From Treponema sp. (GTDB lineage: Bacteria > Spirochaetota > Spirochaetia > Treponematales > Treponemataceae): 64,000 nucleotides of DNA. Below the pieces are notes generated by a model, which did no database searches, had not been told where the DNA came from, and was given only the letters and a program-made list of their open reading frames with translations. The stretch covers positions 680-64,679 of the forward strand of contig JAIKYB010000074.1 in assembly GCA_024683675.1 (NCBI GenBank), written 5' to 3'. Below are positions 1-10,443 of this stretch, piece after piece. Every line of letters starts with the position of its first letter. Within the stretch, counting starts at the first letter, position 1. Made by a program: the position numbers and the translations under genes.

Positions 1-367
1 AAGTAATCTTAAATTGTGAAAGTCCTGCAATCTGAAGAATATCAAAATCCGCAGAAATACTTGTAACATAACGATCAATTATAAAATCTAAAAATAATTC
101 ATTGTAGCTTGCACTTACGGCATCTGTACTTGTAGTGTAAACATAAAAGCCGGTGTCATTAAAGCAATTTTCTATTTCATTTGAAAATCGTTCAAGCAGC
201 TGCCCGTATTTACCGTATCCCTTTCCGTAACAAGAAATATCAATATCATCAACACTGGCTTCTATCGTATAGTAATAATCTTCGTCATATTTTTGAAGGC
301 CACAGGAAAAAATCAGAAGGGTGGAAAAGAGAAATAAAATAATTGTAAAAGTTTTTTTAGCTTTCAT
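1..367 (-). CDS. Putative lipoprotein, truncated by the window edge
   Basis: Not in the ORF track. ATG at 367 reads MKAKKTFTIILFLFSTLLIFSCGLQKYDED..., open to the edge; basic N-terminus, hydrophobic core, lipobox-like IFSC. Confidence 0.75.
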   Translation of the reverse strand, partial: MKAKKTFTIILFLFSTLLIFSCGLQKYDEDYYYTIEASVDDIDISCYGKGYGKYGQLLERFSNEIENCFNDTGFYVYTTSTDAVSASYNELFLDFIIDRYVTSISADFDILQIAGLSQFKIT

Positions 368-370
368 AAA

Positions 371-775
371 TTAGTTTTTGAAAAATACGGTGCCTACGCC
401 CTGACTATTTGTTATCCATATATATTTGTTTTGTATTACAGTGTTTCTTGAATCATTTAAGCTTACTGTTTTGCTTGATGTATTGATTTTTACGGCGTAA
501 GAAAATCCATTTTCCTCAATAACAGACAAATTATCCTCGTTTGCATCAATGTTTCCGTAATATTCTTTATATCGTTTATCAAATTTACTTTTTCCATAAT
601 GCCAGTCAGTAAAGGTATCGTTTATTAGAGGAACCGTTACAGATTTCATTGCATCATAATCATAAAAATAATATGTATCATCAAGAAGCTCGTAATTTTC
701 ACTTTGAGGCTGAATCCAGCAGGAAGTTAAAAGCAGGGTAGAGAAAATTAAAACTAATCCTGAAAACTTTTTCAT
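371..775 (-). CDS. Putative lipoprotein, unknown function
   Basis: MKKFSGLVLIFSTLLLTSC signal peptide with spirochete-type lipobox. Confidence 0.75.
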   Translation of the reverse strand: MKKFSGLVLIFSTLLLTSCWIQPQSENYELLDDTYYFYDYDAMKSVTVPLINDTFTDWHYGKSKFDKRYKEYYGNIDANEDNLSVIEENGFSYAVKINTSSKTVSLNDSRNTVIQNKYIWITNSQGVGTVFFKN

Positions 776-781
776 ATCACT

Positions 782-810
782 ATTATTCTCATCAGGTCTA
801 TATTTGTCAA
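782..810 (-). promoter_or_regulatory. sigma-70 promoter, probably leaderless
   Basis: TTGACA-17 nt-AATAAT ending 6 nt before the ATG at 775. Confidence 0.6.
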
Positions 811-841
811 TTTACTTCTATAAAATAATTGTGTTTTTTTC

Positions 842-868
842 TAAACAAATTTTTCCAGAGTCCGATAA
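842..868 (+). promoter_or_regulatory. sigma-28 (FliA) promoter of the flgN-flgK-flgL-fliW-csrA operon
   Basis: TAAA-15 nt-TCCGATAA. Confidence 0.85.
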
Positions 869-905
869 TCAAACCGAAAGATTATAACTTTGTAATGGAG
901 TAGAT

Positions 906-1343
906 ATGAATTCTTTGGTAACTGAATTTTCACTTATTCTTAAAAATGAGGACAAGGTGCTTACAGAACTTTCTGAAAAACAGAAGGAGATGCGTAAGGT
1001 TCTTATGGAAAAGAATTGGGATGGACTTCTTAAGGTAATGAGTCAGGTTAATAACCTTTCTGAAAGCTTTCAGGAATTTGATTCCCGCAGAGATGAGATT
1101 CAGGAGCAGCTAAAGACTGAGGAACTTAAACCATTTTTAGAAAGTATTTCTGCACTTCGTTCCAAACTCCTTAAATGCAAGGTTGAAAATCAGGTTATTT
1201 CAAATTACGTGACAGTTACACGTCAATTTATTGCTGAGGTTGTTGAAAAAGCTTTACCTCAGACAAGAAATAAGAATTATACAAAAACTGGTGCTCTTAC
1301 TCAGCCACAGACTTCAAGTGTTCTTGTGGATGTTCGCGGATAA
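906..1343 (+). CDS. flgN: FlgN-like flagellar export chaperone
   Basis: Small helical protein immediately before flgK, typical C-terminus (YTKTG...LVDVRG). Confidence 0.7.
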   Translation: MNSLVTEFSLILKNEDKVLTELSEKQKEMRKVLMEKNWDGLLKVMSQVNNLSESFQEFDSRRDEIQEQLKTEELKPFLESISALRSKLLKCKVENQVISNYVTVTRQFIAEVVEKALPQTRNKNYTKTGALTQPQTSSVLVDVRG

Positions 1344-1361
1344 AAGAGAAGGTAGGAAAAT

Positions 1362-3236
1362 ATGGGATCAACATTTTCAGGAATTGAACTGGGTAAAAGA
1401 AGTATTATGGCAAACACAGATGCCATTACAACTGCCGGTCATAATATCTCTAATGCAAATACAGAAGGATATTCAAGACAGCGTGTTCAGATAAAAGAAT
1501 TCGATCCTCTTTATAAACCGGATCTTGAACGTCTTGAAAGACCAGGTCTTATTGGTCAGGGTGTAGATGTTCAGTCTATAAACCGTATTCGTGATGAGCT
1601 TTTGGATCAGAGGATTGTAGGACAGGCTAATCAGGAATCTTATTGGGATACTCGTTCAAAGTATTATACAATGATTGAACAGATTTACAACGAGCCTGAT
1701 GATATTTCAATCCGTTCAAATATGGATAAATTCTGGGAAAGCTGGCAGGAGCTTTCAATTCATCCTGAAAGTCGTGCTGCCCGTCAGGCCGTTGTTACCC
1801 GTGCAGAAACTCTTACTGATTCAATTAAACAGAGATGGGAAGGCTTGGACGGTATTGGTAAGCTGATTGATGGAGATATTGAAGCAACTGTAAAACAGGT
1901 AAATAGCCTTTCGCGCCAGATTGCAGCTACAAACGGCGAAATTGTTCGTACCCGCGCCATGGGTGATAATCCTAATGACCTTCTTGACCGCCGAGACCTT
2001 TTAGTTGATAAGCTTTCTGAATTGATTAATATTTCTACAGATCAGAGAGATTCTGATGAGTTTATGGTTCATGTTGATGGCCGTGTACTGGTTCAGGGAA
2101 GCGTTTCCCGCGAAATTGATTTGGAACCTCGTTTTGATGATACTGGTTATAGTAAGCTTGTTTGGGCAGATACAGGAAATGATGCTGTATTTAAGGGTGG
2201 AACACTTGGTGCTTTGGTAGAGCTTCGTGATGTAGATGTTAGAAACGAAATTCAGGCTTTAAATACTATGACTATGAACTTTTCTGACCTTGTAAATGAT
2301 GTTCATAGAAATGCTGTTGGTGCTAACCGTGTAACAGGACTTGATTTCTTTGTTCAGCATCCATTTGTAGAAAATACAAACGGAAATTTTGACCGAAATG
2401 GTGATGGAAATCTTGATTCTTCTTATGTATTCCGCTTTACAGGTAAAAATGAACTTGATATGCAGCAGCAGGTTGGAATTGAAGGTGTAATGACCCTAAG
2501 TGGAACAAATGGAGATGTTCAGATTCCATATTTCCATACAGATACTGTAGAAACTGTAATTGCAAGAATTAATGATTCTACTAGTGAAGTTAAGGCTTAC
2601 CTTGATAAAAATAATCATTTGGTATTAAAGGCAACTACAGCTCAGGATTCTGCTAACCCTGATTTTGTTATTCGTCATGTTGAAGATTCAGGTTACTTCC
2701 TTGCTGGTTATTCAGGACTTTTGAATGATAGTGGTGCTGCTGGTGCTTATGATTTTGCACAGGCTGATGCAGTTAATGCACTATCTGGTGGAAGTCAGTT
2801 TGCAGTTTCTCCTGTTGTAAATCCTTCTGCCTATATAGAAGTAAATGAAGCAATCAGAAATGATGTAATGAGTGTTGCTGCCGGTTATGAAGATGCTGCA
2901 GGAAATGCCCCTTCTGGTGATGGTCGTGCCGCTGTTGAAATTGCCGCAATCAGAAATACATCTGTTATGGTTGGTGGAATGAAGACCTTTGATGATTACT
3001 TTGCAGACACAGTTACAAATGTAGGTCTTAAAGGGGAACAGGCTGAAACAAACCTTATTACTCAGAATTCTATCATGGATGATTTAAGAAATCTTCGTGA
3101 TTCAATTAGTGGTGTAAATATTGATGAAGAGCTTGCTGAAATTATGAAATTCCAGCACGGATATAATGCAGCTGCAAAGTTTATTACAGTTTGGGATTCA
3201 CTTGTCGATACTGTAATTAATAGACTTGGTGTGTAA
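1362..3236 (+). CDS. flgK: Flagellar hook-associated protein 1
   Basis: GHNISNANTEGYSRQR N-terminus; SGVNIDEE...FQHGYNAAAK C-terminus. Confidence 0.97.
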   Translation: MGSTFSGIELGKRSIMANTDAITTAGHNISNANTEGYSRQRVQIKEFDPLYKPDLERLERPGLIGQGVDVQSINRIRDELLDQRIVGQANQESYWDTRSKYYTMIEQIYNEPDDISIRSNMDKFWESWQELSIHPESRAARQAVVTRAETLTDSIKQRWEGLDGIGKLIDGDIEATVKQVNSLSRQIAATNGEIVRTRAMGDNPNDLLDRRDLLVDKLSELINISTDQRDSDEFMVHVDGRVLVQGSVSREIDLEPRFDDTGYSKLVWADTGNDAVFKGGTLGALVELRDVDVRNEIQALNTMTMNFSDLVNDVHRNAVGANRVTGLDFFVQHPFVENTNGNFDRNGDGNLDSSYVFRFTGKNELDMQQQVGIEGVMTLSGTNGDVQIPYFHTDTVETVIARINDSTSEVKAYLDKNNHLVLKATTAQDSANPDFVIRHVEDSGYFLAGYSGLLNDSGAAGAYDFAQADAVNALSGGSQFAVSPVVNPSAYIEVNEAIRNDVMSVAAGYEDAAGNAPSGDGRAAVEIAAIRNTSVMVGGMKTFDDYFADTVTNVGLKGEQAETNLITQNSIMDDLRNLRDSISGVNIDEELAEIMKFQHGYNAAAKFITVWDSLVDTVINRLGV

Positions 3237-3264
3237 GTTATAAGAAAGCTTAAAGAGGTAGAAT

Positions 3265-4509
3265 ATGCAGAGAATTAGTAGTCAGATGAATAATAATAAT
3301 ACGCAGAGTAGCCTTAGGCTTCAGGAAAGCCGCCTTAATAGGGCAAATAATCAGATTGGCTCTCAGCGAAAGATTCAGCAGCTTAGAGATGATCCTCTTG
3401 CAGCAGGACATTTGGTTCGCTACCAGTCTTACCTCAACAGAGTTAATCAGTTTGAAAAAAATGCTCTTACACTTTCTGATGAATTCTCCTTCCGCGAAGG
3501 CTATATGACAGACAGTCTGGATATTATGCAGAGGGTTCGTGAACTTGCTGTAACCGGTGCAAACGGTATTTATAATAAAGAAGATATGGCAAATATGGCC
3601 ACTGAAGTTGATGAGCTTTTGAAGGCTCTTGTTCAGAATGCTAATGCTGTAGATGCCGATGGTAATTCTGTTTTTGCCGGAACTAACATAAAGGCTGTAG
3701 CTTTTGATGTGGAAATGGGAAATGTTGAAGGAAGTGGAGTTCCTTTAATTCAGAATGTTCGTTATAACGGAAATATTGACCAAAATCGTATAGAAATTGA
3801 TGAAGCAAAATACCTGGTTGATGATAATGCAGGAAATAAAACCTTCTGGGCTGAAAATCAGCAGATTTTTGGAGCTAGAGATGCTTCTTCATGGCAGGCT
3901 AGCTCTGATAACATTATTTCAATTGATGGTGTTCAGATTCAGGTAAAACAGGGTGATAATATTTATGCTCTTGTTTCAAAAATTAATGATAGTGGTGCTG
4001 CAGTTAAAGCTTCTGTAGATCCAATCAGAAACAGCTTGAATCTTACTACAACAGATGCCCGTCAGCTTTGGATTCAGGATGTAGAAGGTTCTTCATTGAA
4101 TGAACTTGGAATTATAAAAGATGCTTCTCAAAAGCCTCCATATAATCTTGGTGATGGAGTTCGCGTAAGTGGCGGTAGTATGTTTGATACTGTTATCGCT
4201 TTTAGAAACGCCCTCTTATCTGGAGATCAGGAAAGTATTGGTGGCCGTGTTTTGGGAGCTTTGGATCAGGGAATCGACAGCCTTGTAAGCAGAATTGCTA
4301 AATCAGGGGCAGAATACGAAAGAGCCCAGCTTAACGCAACAAGAAGCAGTAAGCTTGCATTGGATGTTACACATATGGTCAGCAGGGAAGGTGACCTGGA
4401 CTTTACAAAAGCCATTACAGATCTTAAGATGCTCGATTACACAAATCAGGCAACCTTAAGTCAGGCTGGAAAAATGTACAGTTCAACATTATTAAATTAC
4501 ATGAGGTAA
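3265..4509 (+). CDS. flgL: Flagellar hook-associated protein 3
   Basis: Flagellin-like N-terminus ([15 protein letters not shown]); follows flgK. Confidence 0.95.
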   Translation: MQRISSQMNNNNTQSSLRLQESRLNRANNQIGSQRKIQQLRDDPLAAGHLVRYQSYLNRVNQFEKNALTLSDEFSFREGYMTDSLDIMQRVRELAVTGANGIYNKEDMANMATEVDELLKALVQNANAVDADGNSVFAGTNIKAVAFDVEMGNVEGSGVPLIQNVRYNGNIDQNRIEIDEAKYLVDDNAGNKTFWAENQQIFGARDASSWQASSDNIISIDGVQIQVKQGDNIYALVSKINDSGAAVKASVDPIRNSLNLTTTDARQLWIQDVEGSSLNELGIIKDASQKPPYNLGDGVRVSGGSMFDTVIAFRNALLSGDQESIGGRVLGALDQGIDSLVSRIAKSGAEYERAQLNATRSSKLALDVTHMVSREGDLDFTKAITDLKMLDYTNQATLSQAGKMYSSTLLNYMR

Positions 4510-4517
4510 ACTAAATT

Positions 4518-4961
4518 ATGGAAATTTTCAGCAAAGCAAAGGGTAAAATCGAAGTGAAAGAAGACCGTCTTATTACCATTCCTGATGGACTTTTTGGTTT
4601 TGAGACTTATACAAAATATGCTCTGGTTGATTCAGATTATGATCCCTTTTTATGGTTACAGTCTTGTGAAGATCCAAATCTGGCTTTTTTGATTGTAGAT
4701 CCTTTCTTAATCAGCTCAGATTATGAAACTGATATTGATGATGACTATCTTGCAAAAATTCAGGTTACAAAACCTGAAGATATAATCATTATGACTATTG
4801 TTACAGTTCCTCATGATGGAGGTGCAATTACTGCAAACTTTCAGGGACCTCTTGTAATCAATAAGAAAAATAAAAAATGCGTTCAGGCAATCCTTAGTGA
4901 TAATCGCTGGTCTACAAAAGTTAACATCGTCGAAGCTCTGAATTCTAAAGGAGAACGCTGA
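4518..4961 (+). CDS. fliW: Flagellar assembly factor FliW
   Basis: [24 protein letters not shown] motifs; precedes csrA. Confidence 0.95.
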   Translation: MEIFSKAKGKIEVKEDRLITIPDGLFGFETYTKYALVDSDYDPFLWLQSCEDPNLAFLIVDPFLISSDYETDIDDDYLAKIQVTKPEDIIIMTIVTVPHDGGAITANFQGPLVINKKNKKCVQAILSDNRWSTKVNIVEALNSKGER

Positions 4962-5212
4962 TGCTTATACTTTCTAGAAAAATTGATGAAAAAATAAAGA
5001 TTGGTGAAGAAATTACAATTACTATTATTGATGTCCACGGAGATCAGGTAAAAATTGGAGTTGAAGCACCAAAAAATGTCAAAGTTTTTAGACAGGAAGT
5101 ATTTAACGCCATTCAGTCTGAAAACAAAGCTGCCGTTGTCGATGGAAAAGAAGGAGAAAGCCAGAGGGCTATTAGTGCCGTTAGTGCTTTAAGTAAACTT
5201 CTTAAAAAATAA
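4961..5212 (+). CDS. csrA: Carbon storage regulator CsrA with FliW-binding C-terminal extension
   Basis: MLILSRK...[15 protein letters not shown]; extension IQSENKAA. Confidence 0.97.
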   Translation: MLILSRKIDEKIKIGEEITITIIDVHGDQVKIGVEAPKNVKVFRQEVFNAIQSENKAAVVDGKEGESQRAISAVSALSKLLKK

Positions 5213-5214
5213 AA

Positions 5215-5880
5215 TTATTGCCTGCTGTTGAGTTTTATTTCAGCTTCACTTGCACGCAGATAAATAGGGCCGTCATAATCTTTGAGCGGCTCTTTTTTTT
5301 CGTCTATCATTTTTTCTGTTATTTCAATTAAAGCTTCTGCTGTGTCAAAGTGTGTTTTTACTTTAATAAAGTTTGTAGAAGGGCACAAAGCTTTTAAAAG
5401 CTCGAACAATTTATCTGCGTCAGGTCCAGTAATTATAACTTTGTCTAAGCCTTTGACAGCATCAGCTATTTTTTCAATTTCCCAATCGTCTTCTTTTAAA
5501 ATATTTGGTATTGAAGCGTAAAATTTATCTTTGTTGGCATCTATACAGGATAATACTGCAGTATTGCAATCACTAAAGGGGTATGCATAACAATCTAAAG
5601 AGGAAATTCCGTAAACCGGGATATTAAAGGCAAGTTCAATTGCTTTAAGGGCCGAAATTCCAAGTCTTAAGCCTGTAAAACTTCCTGGTCCTATAGTTAA
5701 TGCTGTAGCATCCAGATCAGAAGCTTTAATTCCCATTTTATTCAGGATTTCATCTATTGTTGGAACCAGCATTTCTGATTGTCTCATTCCAATATTAAGT
5801 GTTTGAGAAATCATTTTATCTTCATATTTTAGGGCTATTGAAAGTCTTGAAACTGCACAATCTACTGCAAGAATATTCAT
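5215..5880 (-). CDS. tsaB: t6A biosynthesis protein TsaB
   Basis: GPGSFTGLRLG motif; next to tsaE. Confidence 0.93.
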   Translation of the reverse strand: MNILAVDCAVSRLSIALKYEDKMISQTLNIGMRQSEMLVPTIDEILNKMGIKASDLDATALTIGPGSFTGLRLGISALKAIELAFNIPVYGISSLDCYAYPFSDCNTAVLSCIDANKDKFYASIPNILKEDDWEIEKIADAVKGLDKVIITGPDADKLFELLKALCPSTNFIKVKTHFDTAEALIEITEKMIDEKKEPLKDYDGPIYLRASEAEIKLNSRQ

Positions 5881-6308
5881 TATAGGTCTCCATTCTGCCA
5901 GTTTTCTAGTTCAATAATTCTGCTTCCATCATCATTAGGGGTAATTTTCAAAATTATTGTTTTCTTTGGTAATTCTGACATAACCTTTTCGCTCCATTCA
6001 ATAATGGAAACTCCATCTCCATAAATCATGTCGTCTGTACCAAGGTTTATAAAGTCTTCACCACCTTCAAGTCTGTATACATCCATATGATAAAGTGGCA
6101 TTTTTCCATAATATTCACTAATAAGGCAGAAGGTTGGGCTGGTTATAGTTTCTTCAATTCCCAGGGCTTGTGCAATTCCTTTTGTAATAGTAGTTTTACC
6201 TGCGGCCAGGGTACCCTGCATAGCGATTACATCGCCCTTTTTTAATTTATTTCCGATTTTAAAGCCCAGAGCAATTGTTTCTTCCGGGGAATGAGTTGTG
6301 AATGTCAC
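5880..6308 (-). CDS. tsaE: t6A biosynthesis ATPase TsaE
   Basis: GTLAAGKTT, SPTF, HMDVYRL, IEW motifs. Confidence 0.96.
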   Translation of the reverse strand: MTFTTHSPEETIALGFKIGNKLKKGDVIAMQGTLAAGKTTITKGIAQALGIEETITSPTFCLISEYYGKMPLYHMDVYRLEGGEDFINLGTDDMIYGDGVSIIEWSEKVMSELPKKTIILKITPNDDGSRIIELENWQNGDL

Positions 6309-6568
6309 TGTGGTAATCTACCTTCCATTTCTTCTGTCAAAATGAATTCAAATAGTGCTTTTTTTACGGGTAGAAGAGGATAGTTTAATGGTTTTAGAAA
6401 GGAAATCTCAATAATTTTCTTTCCGAAAGGACTTGTTTCTATACTAAAAAAAACAGGTGTCGTTTCTATTGAGGTTGGAAGCTCCAGTACAGCATTACAG
6501 GTGTATTTTCTCAAATAAAAAACCTGTCCATGTTCTGGAACAATATCTTTAAGCTCCATTACTCGCAT
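6305..6568 (-). CDS. Small hypothetical protein
   Basis: 87-aa ORF overlapping the tsaE start by 4 nt; promoter upstream. Confidence 0.7.
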   Translation of the reverse strand: MRVMELKDIVPEHGQVFYLRKYTCNAVLELPTSIETTPVFFSIETSPFGKKIIEISFLKPLNYPLLPVKKALFEFILTEEMEGRLPQ

Positions 6569-6576
6569 ATTTATGT

Positions 6577-6605
6577 AGTTTACCTCACAATCAGCAAATT
6601 ATCAA
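6577..6605 (-). promoter_or_regulatory. sigma-70 promoter for hyp-tsaE-tsaB
   Basis: TTGATA-17 nt-TAAACT, 8 nt before the ATG at 6568. Confidence 0.55.
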
Positions 6606-6636
6606 GAGATTTTCAATGGCATTTAGCAAGGCAGTT

Positions 6637-7734
6637 TTAGTCGAACTTATAGATAAAAGATTGAATCTTGTTTTTTGTTGCTAAATTGATTTTGGTAAAT
6701 TGTATATGCAGGGCAAATTTTCCCCCTGGAAGTCGTCTTGTTTTTCTGATAATTCCTGGTAGTTTAGAAATACCATAATTGTTAATTGTTACACCAAGAT
6801 TCTGTTTTTCTTTTACAGGTAAATTTGTATGAATGCAGCAGCCACCAGCGGAAATGTTCACCAGTTTTCCCTTGTAAAATTTGTCAGAGAAAATGTAAAG
6901 GAGTTGGCCTGTGTGTTTATCTTCTCCGAATTTCAGGGAACAGAAGCTGCAGGCTTCTTCAATAAATTCACGTTTGAAATGTCTCTGGGCTTGTGAGTCT
7001 AATTGTTCTGATTGTGAAATTACCATTGAATTAATTGTCTGGCCTTCCAGCTCTTTGCTTTCAAAACGAATTACTCTGGCAATATAATTATAGGTTAATC
7101 CTTCATTTGTTTTATAAGTAAAACGGCTTTTTACTAGGGTTTCTGGTTTTTCCTTTGAATTTAAAAGAAAATCCGGCAGTTCAAGTCTCATTGATTCACT
7201 GTTATTTTCAAGAACTTTAAGAATAAATTGCTCGCCGGAAGAAGATATATAAGAAACCGAAGAGGAAACTGGAATCTGTCTTGTTGATGAAATAGATTTT
7301 CTTAAAGTAACCATCATTTCAAGCTTATAATCTAGGGTATAAAAGAGGTCTAATCTTTCATCTGAAAAGTAATTTTCTTCCTTTAATTTAGAGTAGGCTG
7401 TACGAAATAAAGTATCAACATCATCTACAGTTTTAAGATTGTAATTGATATTAGGAAAATCAGTTATATTACAAATTTTCCAGATTAAATTTATTTCATG
7501 ACTATTAAAGTTCTGTTTTTTGCCAAGCTCAACAACATCAGCTCTTTTTGTTTTTCTAAGCTGGCATTTCTGGATGTATTTTTCTGATTTTTTATATTTT
7601 GAATACTGAACAGAAAGGAAAAATAATAATCCTATAAGGCCGGCAATTATGAGTAAAATTAAGATGATTAAAAATACTGGTGCTGATGCTCTAGCCTCAA
7701 GGGGAGAGCCACTTCCTCCGGAAAAACTACCCAT
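6637..7734 (-). CDS. Membrane-anchored PilZ-domain (c-di-GMP receptor) protein
   Basis: N-terminal TM helix; QRHFKR (RxxxR) and NISAGG (NxSxGG) motifs. Confidence 0.88.
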   Translation of the reverse strand: MGSFSGGSGSPLEARASAPVFLIILILLIIAGLIGLLFFLSVQYSKYKKSEKYIQKCQLRKTKRADVVELGKKQNFNSHEINLIWKICNITDFPNINYNLKTVDDVDTLFRTAYSKLKEENYFSDERLDLFYTLDYKLEMMVTLRKSISSTRQIPVSSSVSYISSSGEQFILKVLENNSESMRLELPDFLLNSKEKPETLVKSRFTYKTNEGLTYNYIARVIRFESKELEGQTINSMVISQSEQLDSQAQRHFKREFIEEACSFCSLKFGEDKHTGQLLYIFSDKFYKGKLVNISAGGCCIHTNLPVKEKQNLGVTINNYGISKLPGIIRKTRRLPGGKFALHIQFTKINLATKNKIQSFIYKFD

Positions 7735-7735
7735 T

Positions 7736-8329
7736 TTACATCTCCTTTAATGCTTTAGCGATTGCTTTTAATCTCGGACAAATTTCGTATTCCGAAAGGT
7801 CTCCAATTGTTACAGTATCGTTATTTTGCAAGGCTTCTTCAAAATCCTTTAAGACAGGGGAGAAGTCTCCAAAAAAGTCATTAAAGGACATTCCGTCAAT
7901 ACTAGTGTTTGAAAAGCTTTCCGGATAAAGACTTGCAAGTGCCGCTGTATGGCTAAACTGATCAATGCTGTCTGCAAGCTTTTTAATTGATTCTGAAACC
8001 TCCTGGTTTTTTCCATTTTGGAGTTCAGAAGGTATTTCTTCCATTTTTTCAGATAATTCAGAGAAAAGTTCAGACAACTTTATAAAGGATTGTTTAATAT
8101 CATCCTTTGTGATTACTGTAAAGTCGAACTTTTCATTTCCTTCAAGAGCTTTTTTTGCTTCTTCATCAAAATTTTCAGCAGTAATTTTATTTTCATTAAC
8201 TGTTATTCCAATTACTGAGGCTTCGTTTTCTTCACAAATCTCTTCAAAAGAATGAAGAACATCACCAATTGTTTCTTCATCTTCTATTTTCACATCAATT
8301 TGCTGTCCGTTTATATAAAATTCAATCAT
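7736..8329 (-). CDS. Acidic hypothetical protein, flagellar-associated
   Basis: 197-aa ORF after fliD with its own sigma-28 promoter; C-terminal DTVTIGDLSEYEI motif. Confidence 0.75.
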   Translation of the reverse strand: MIEFYINGQQIDVKIEDEETIGDVLHSFEEICEENEASVIGITVNENKITAENFDEEAKKALEGNEKFDFTVITKDDIKQSFIKLSELFSELSEKMEEIPSELQNGKNQEVSESIKKLADSIDQFSHTAALASLYPESFSNTSIDGMSFNDFFGDFSPVLKDFEEALQNNDTVTIGDLSEYEICPRLKAIAKALKEM

Positions 8330-8361
8330 ATTTACTCCAAAGTTATGGTTATTCTTTTATA

Positions 8362-8388
8362 TTATCGGCAGATTATTATATTAATTTA
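8362..8388 (-). promoter_or_regulatory. sigma-28 promoter overlapping the fliD stop codon
   Basis: TAAA-15 nt-GCCGATAA, exact consensus. Confidence 0.88.
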
Positions 8389-10440
8389 CTTTTGCTGTTG
8401 TTTTGAGAAATTTGAAATTGTAGTTTGCTGTGATTCAAGGCTTCCCAGAGTTCCTTCCATCTGGGCATATTTGTTTCGCAATTCAGCTTCCTTGTCTTCC
8501 ATCTGGGCTTCAAGCTTAGCAATTCTAGATTCTGTATTTTTAATTTTAGAATCTAAGGTTGAAGTTTTCAGGGCAAGGATTCCACCTGTTTGTGTATAGG
8601 CAGAAATCTGTTTGTCTAATTTATAGGCAATTCCTGAATCTACAATAAGGTCTCCATCTGTGTCATAACCAAAAAGCTGGCGGATATCATCCATGTTATT
8701 CTGTAAGGCTTCATCCAGCTTCTTTTCGTCTATTTCCAGATAACCACGAAGCTTGCTCTGAGAATAACCACCGGAAAAGCCACCTGCATTAGTTGCAACA
8801 CCAATTTGCGAAAGCATGGTAACATCGGCACTTGCAGAAAAGGCATAGCCTGCAGAAACAATTGATTGCATTGTGCTTTTTATACTTGTAAGTGAAAAAT
8901 CGGTTGAAAACATTCCAAGTCTTTCTCTTTCACTTTCTTTTTCTTCCTCTGTAAGATAATCCAGCTCTTCAATAATCTCTGGTTTTGATTGAGAAAGAAT
9001 GTTGATTTCTGCTACGGCCTGGTTGTACTGGCCCACAAACTGAATAATTGCATCTTTTGAACTTTCTGTATCAGGTTTGATTGCAATTGTTGCTGTTTTT
9101 TCTGTTTTATCAAAGATATTCAGGGTCACTTCGGGAATTACGTCATCAATTTCGTTAGAAGGCCTTGAAATGGTAATTCCTTCATATTTAATAATTGCAT
9201 CATCTGCTTCTGAAACTGCATGCTGAGGTCCATAGCCTAAATCTTTAGAAGGATCTGTAGATCCAAAGGTTGAAACAGTCAAAGTTTTTCCTGTATTTAT
9301 ATTTCTTACAGCAATTGCTTTTATTCCCTGATATTCTTTTACAGGTAATTTGATTTCAATTTCTTCTCCAGACAAAAGATTTTCTGCTGGAATCTCTTTT
9401 TCTGAACCGTCTTCCATAACTGCGTAAAGAACCTTGTCGCTTGCAATAACTTCCAGAGGCTCTGGTGGAGTAGGTGGAAGATTTAGGCTTGTGTCTGACT
9501 CGCTGTTATTTACAACTATTCCGTTGAATTCAATAAAGCCTGCATCTGGAATCTCAGGCTGTAAAAGACTCTTGTTAATTTCTGGTGTGATATCTTCTGT
9601 GTCTTGAGCCTGAATTGTAAAGTTTATAACCTGGCCTGAGTCGGAACTTACATTTGAAGGAAGAGAAACCTGGTAGGCTCCTCTTGGAGCAAGGCTAACC
9701 TTTCCCTGGTCAAGCTTTGTTCCTGTTAAAGAAAGCTTTGGCATATATTCAGGCTCGTCGTATTCAATTTTCTGAACCGGAAGAATTTCATCCTGACTAG
9801 TTCCAAATGTTATTTCTTTTTCTTTTATTTTAGTAATCATTCCTGAGTCAAATGCAAATTTTTTTGCATCTTCTTCAAAAATAAGCTTGTTTTCTTTTCC
9901 TGTAGGAACAGCTTCAATTAATAAGGATTTTTTTCCTGAGCTTGCTCCAATTACAGAGGATTTTATAATGTCATTTCCTCTTTTATTGATTCCGTTTGAA
10001 AAATCTTTAATGCTGCCGCCCTTCCAGTTGTAAAGGACCTGTTTTTCACCGACTTTGTAAACATAAGATCCGGCTGGAATTTTATAATCATTATCCAGTT
10101 CATCTGTCATAAATCTGTCTGAAGTTGCCGGCTGCAGGACATCTACTTTAAAACTTTGTATATCTGCGCTGCGGTTTGCCTGGGCTGTAATAGCATTTTC
10201 CTGACTTGATGTTGTTAATTTATTGTTAAAAGGATTTTCAAAGGAGTACAAGGTTTTTGTACTGTCTCTAAGTGAGGTTAATCTACTATTTATTTCTCGC
10301 CAGGCGTCTTTTTGTGCTTTATACTCTTCAAGCTGATTTTCTTCCCTTGTCAGTGGAATACGTTCAACTTTCATCAGTTTTTCAACTGTGTCGTTGGTGT
10401 TATATTTGTCTGTAACGCCTGGTATGCTTATTCCTGCCAT
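8386..10440 (-). CDS. fliD: Flagellar filament cap protein
   Basis: FliD N-terminus, SNEIDDVIPEVTL, G.LEIDEKKL..AL, C-terminal coiled coil. Confidence 0.95.
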   Translation of the reverse strand: MAGISIPGVTDKYNTNDTVEKLMKVERIPLTREENQLEEYKAQKDAWREINSRLTSLRDSTKTLYSFENPFNNKLTTSSQENAITAQANRSADIQSFKVDVLQPATSDRFMTDELDNDYKIPAGSYVYKVGEKQVLYNWKGGSIKDFSNGINKRGNDIIKSSVIGASSGKKSLLIEAVPTGKENKLIFEEDAKKFAFDSGMITKIKEKEITFGTSQDEILPVQKIEYDEPEYMPKLSLTGTKLDQGKVSLAPRGAYQVSLPSNVSSDSGQVINFTIQAQDTEDITPEINKSLLQPEIPDAGFIEFNGIVVNNSESDTSLNLPPTPPEPLEVIASDKVLYAVMEDGSEKEIPAENLLSGEEIEIKLPVKEYQGIKAIAVRNINTGKTLTVSTFGSTDPSKDLGYGPQHAVSEADDAIIKYEGITISRPSNEIDDVIPEVTLNIFDKTEKTATIAIKPDTESSKDAIIQFVGQYNQAVAEINILSQSKPEIIEELDYLTEEEKESERERLGMFSTDFSLTSIKSTMQSIVSAGYAFSASADVTMLSQIGVATNAGGFSGGYSQSKLRGYLEIDEKKLDEALQNNMDDIRQLFGYDTDGDLIVDSGIAYKLDKQISAYTQTGGILALKTSTLDSKIKNTESRIAKLEAQMEDKEAELRNKYAQMEGTLGSLESQQTTISNFSKQQQK

Positions 10441-10443
10441 AAA

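Noticed and set aside
5215-6568. tsaE-tsaB under sigma-28 control
   Set aside because: A separate sigma-70-like promoter lies at 6577-6605
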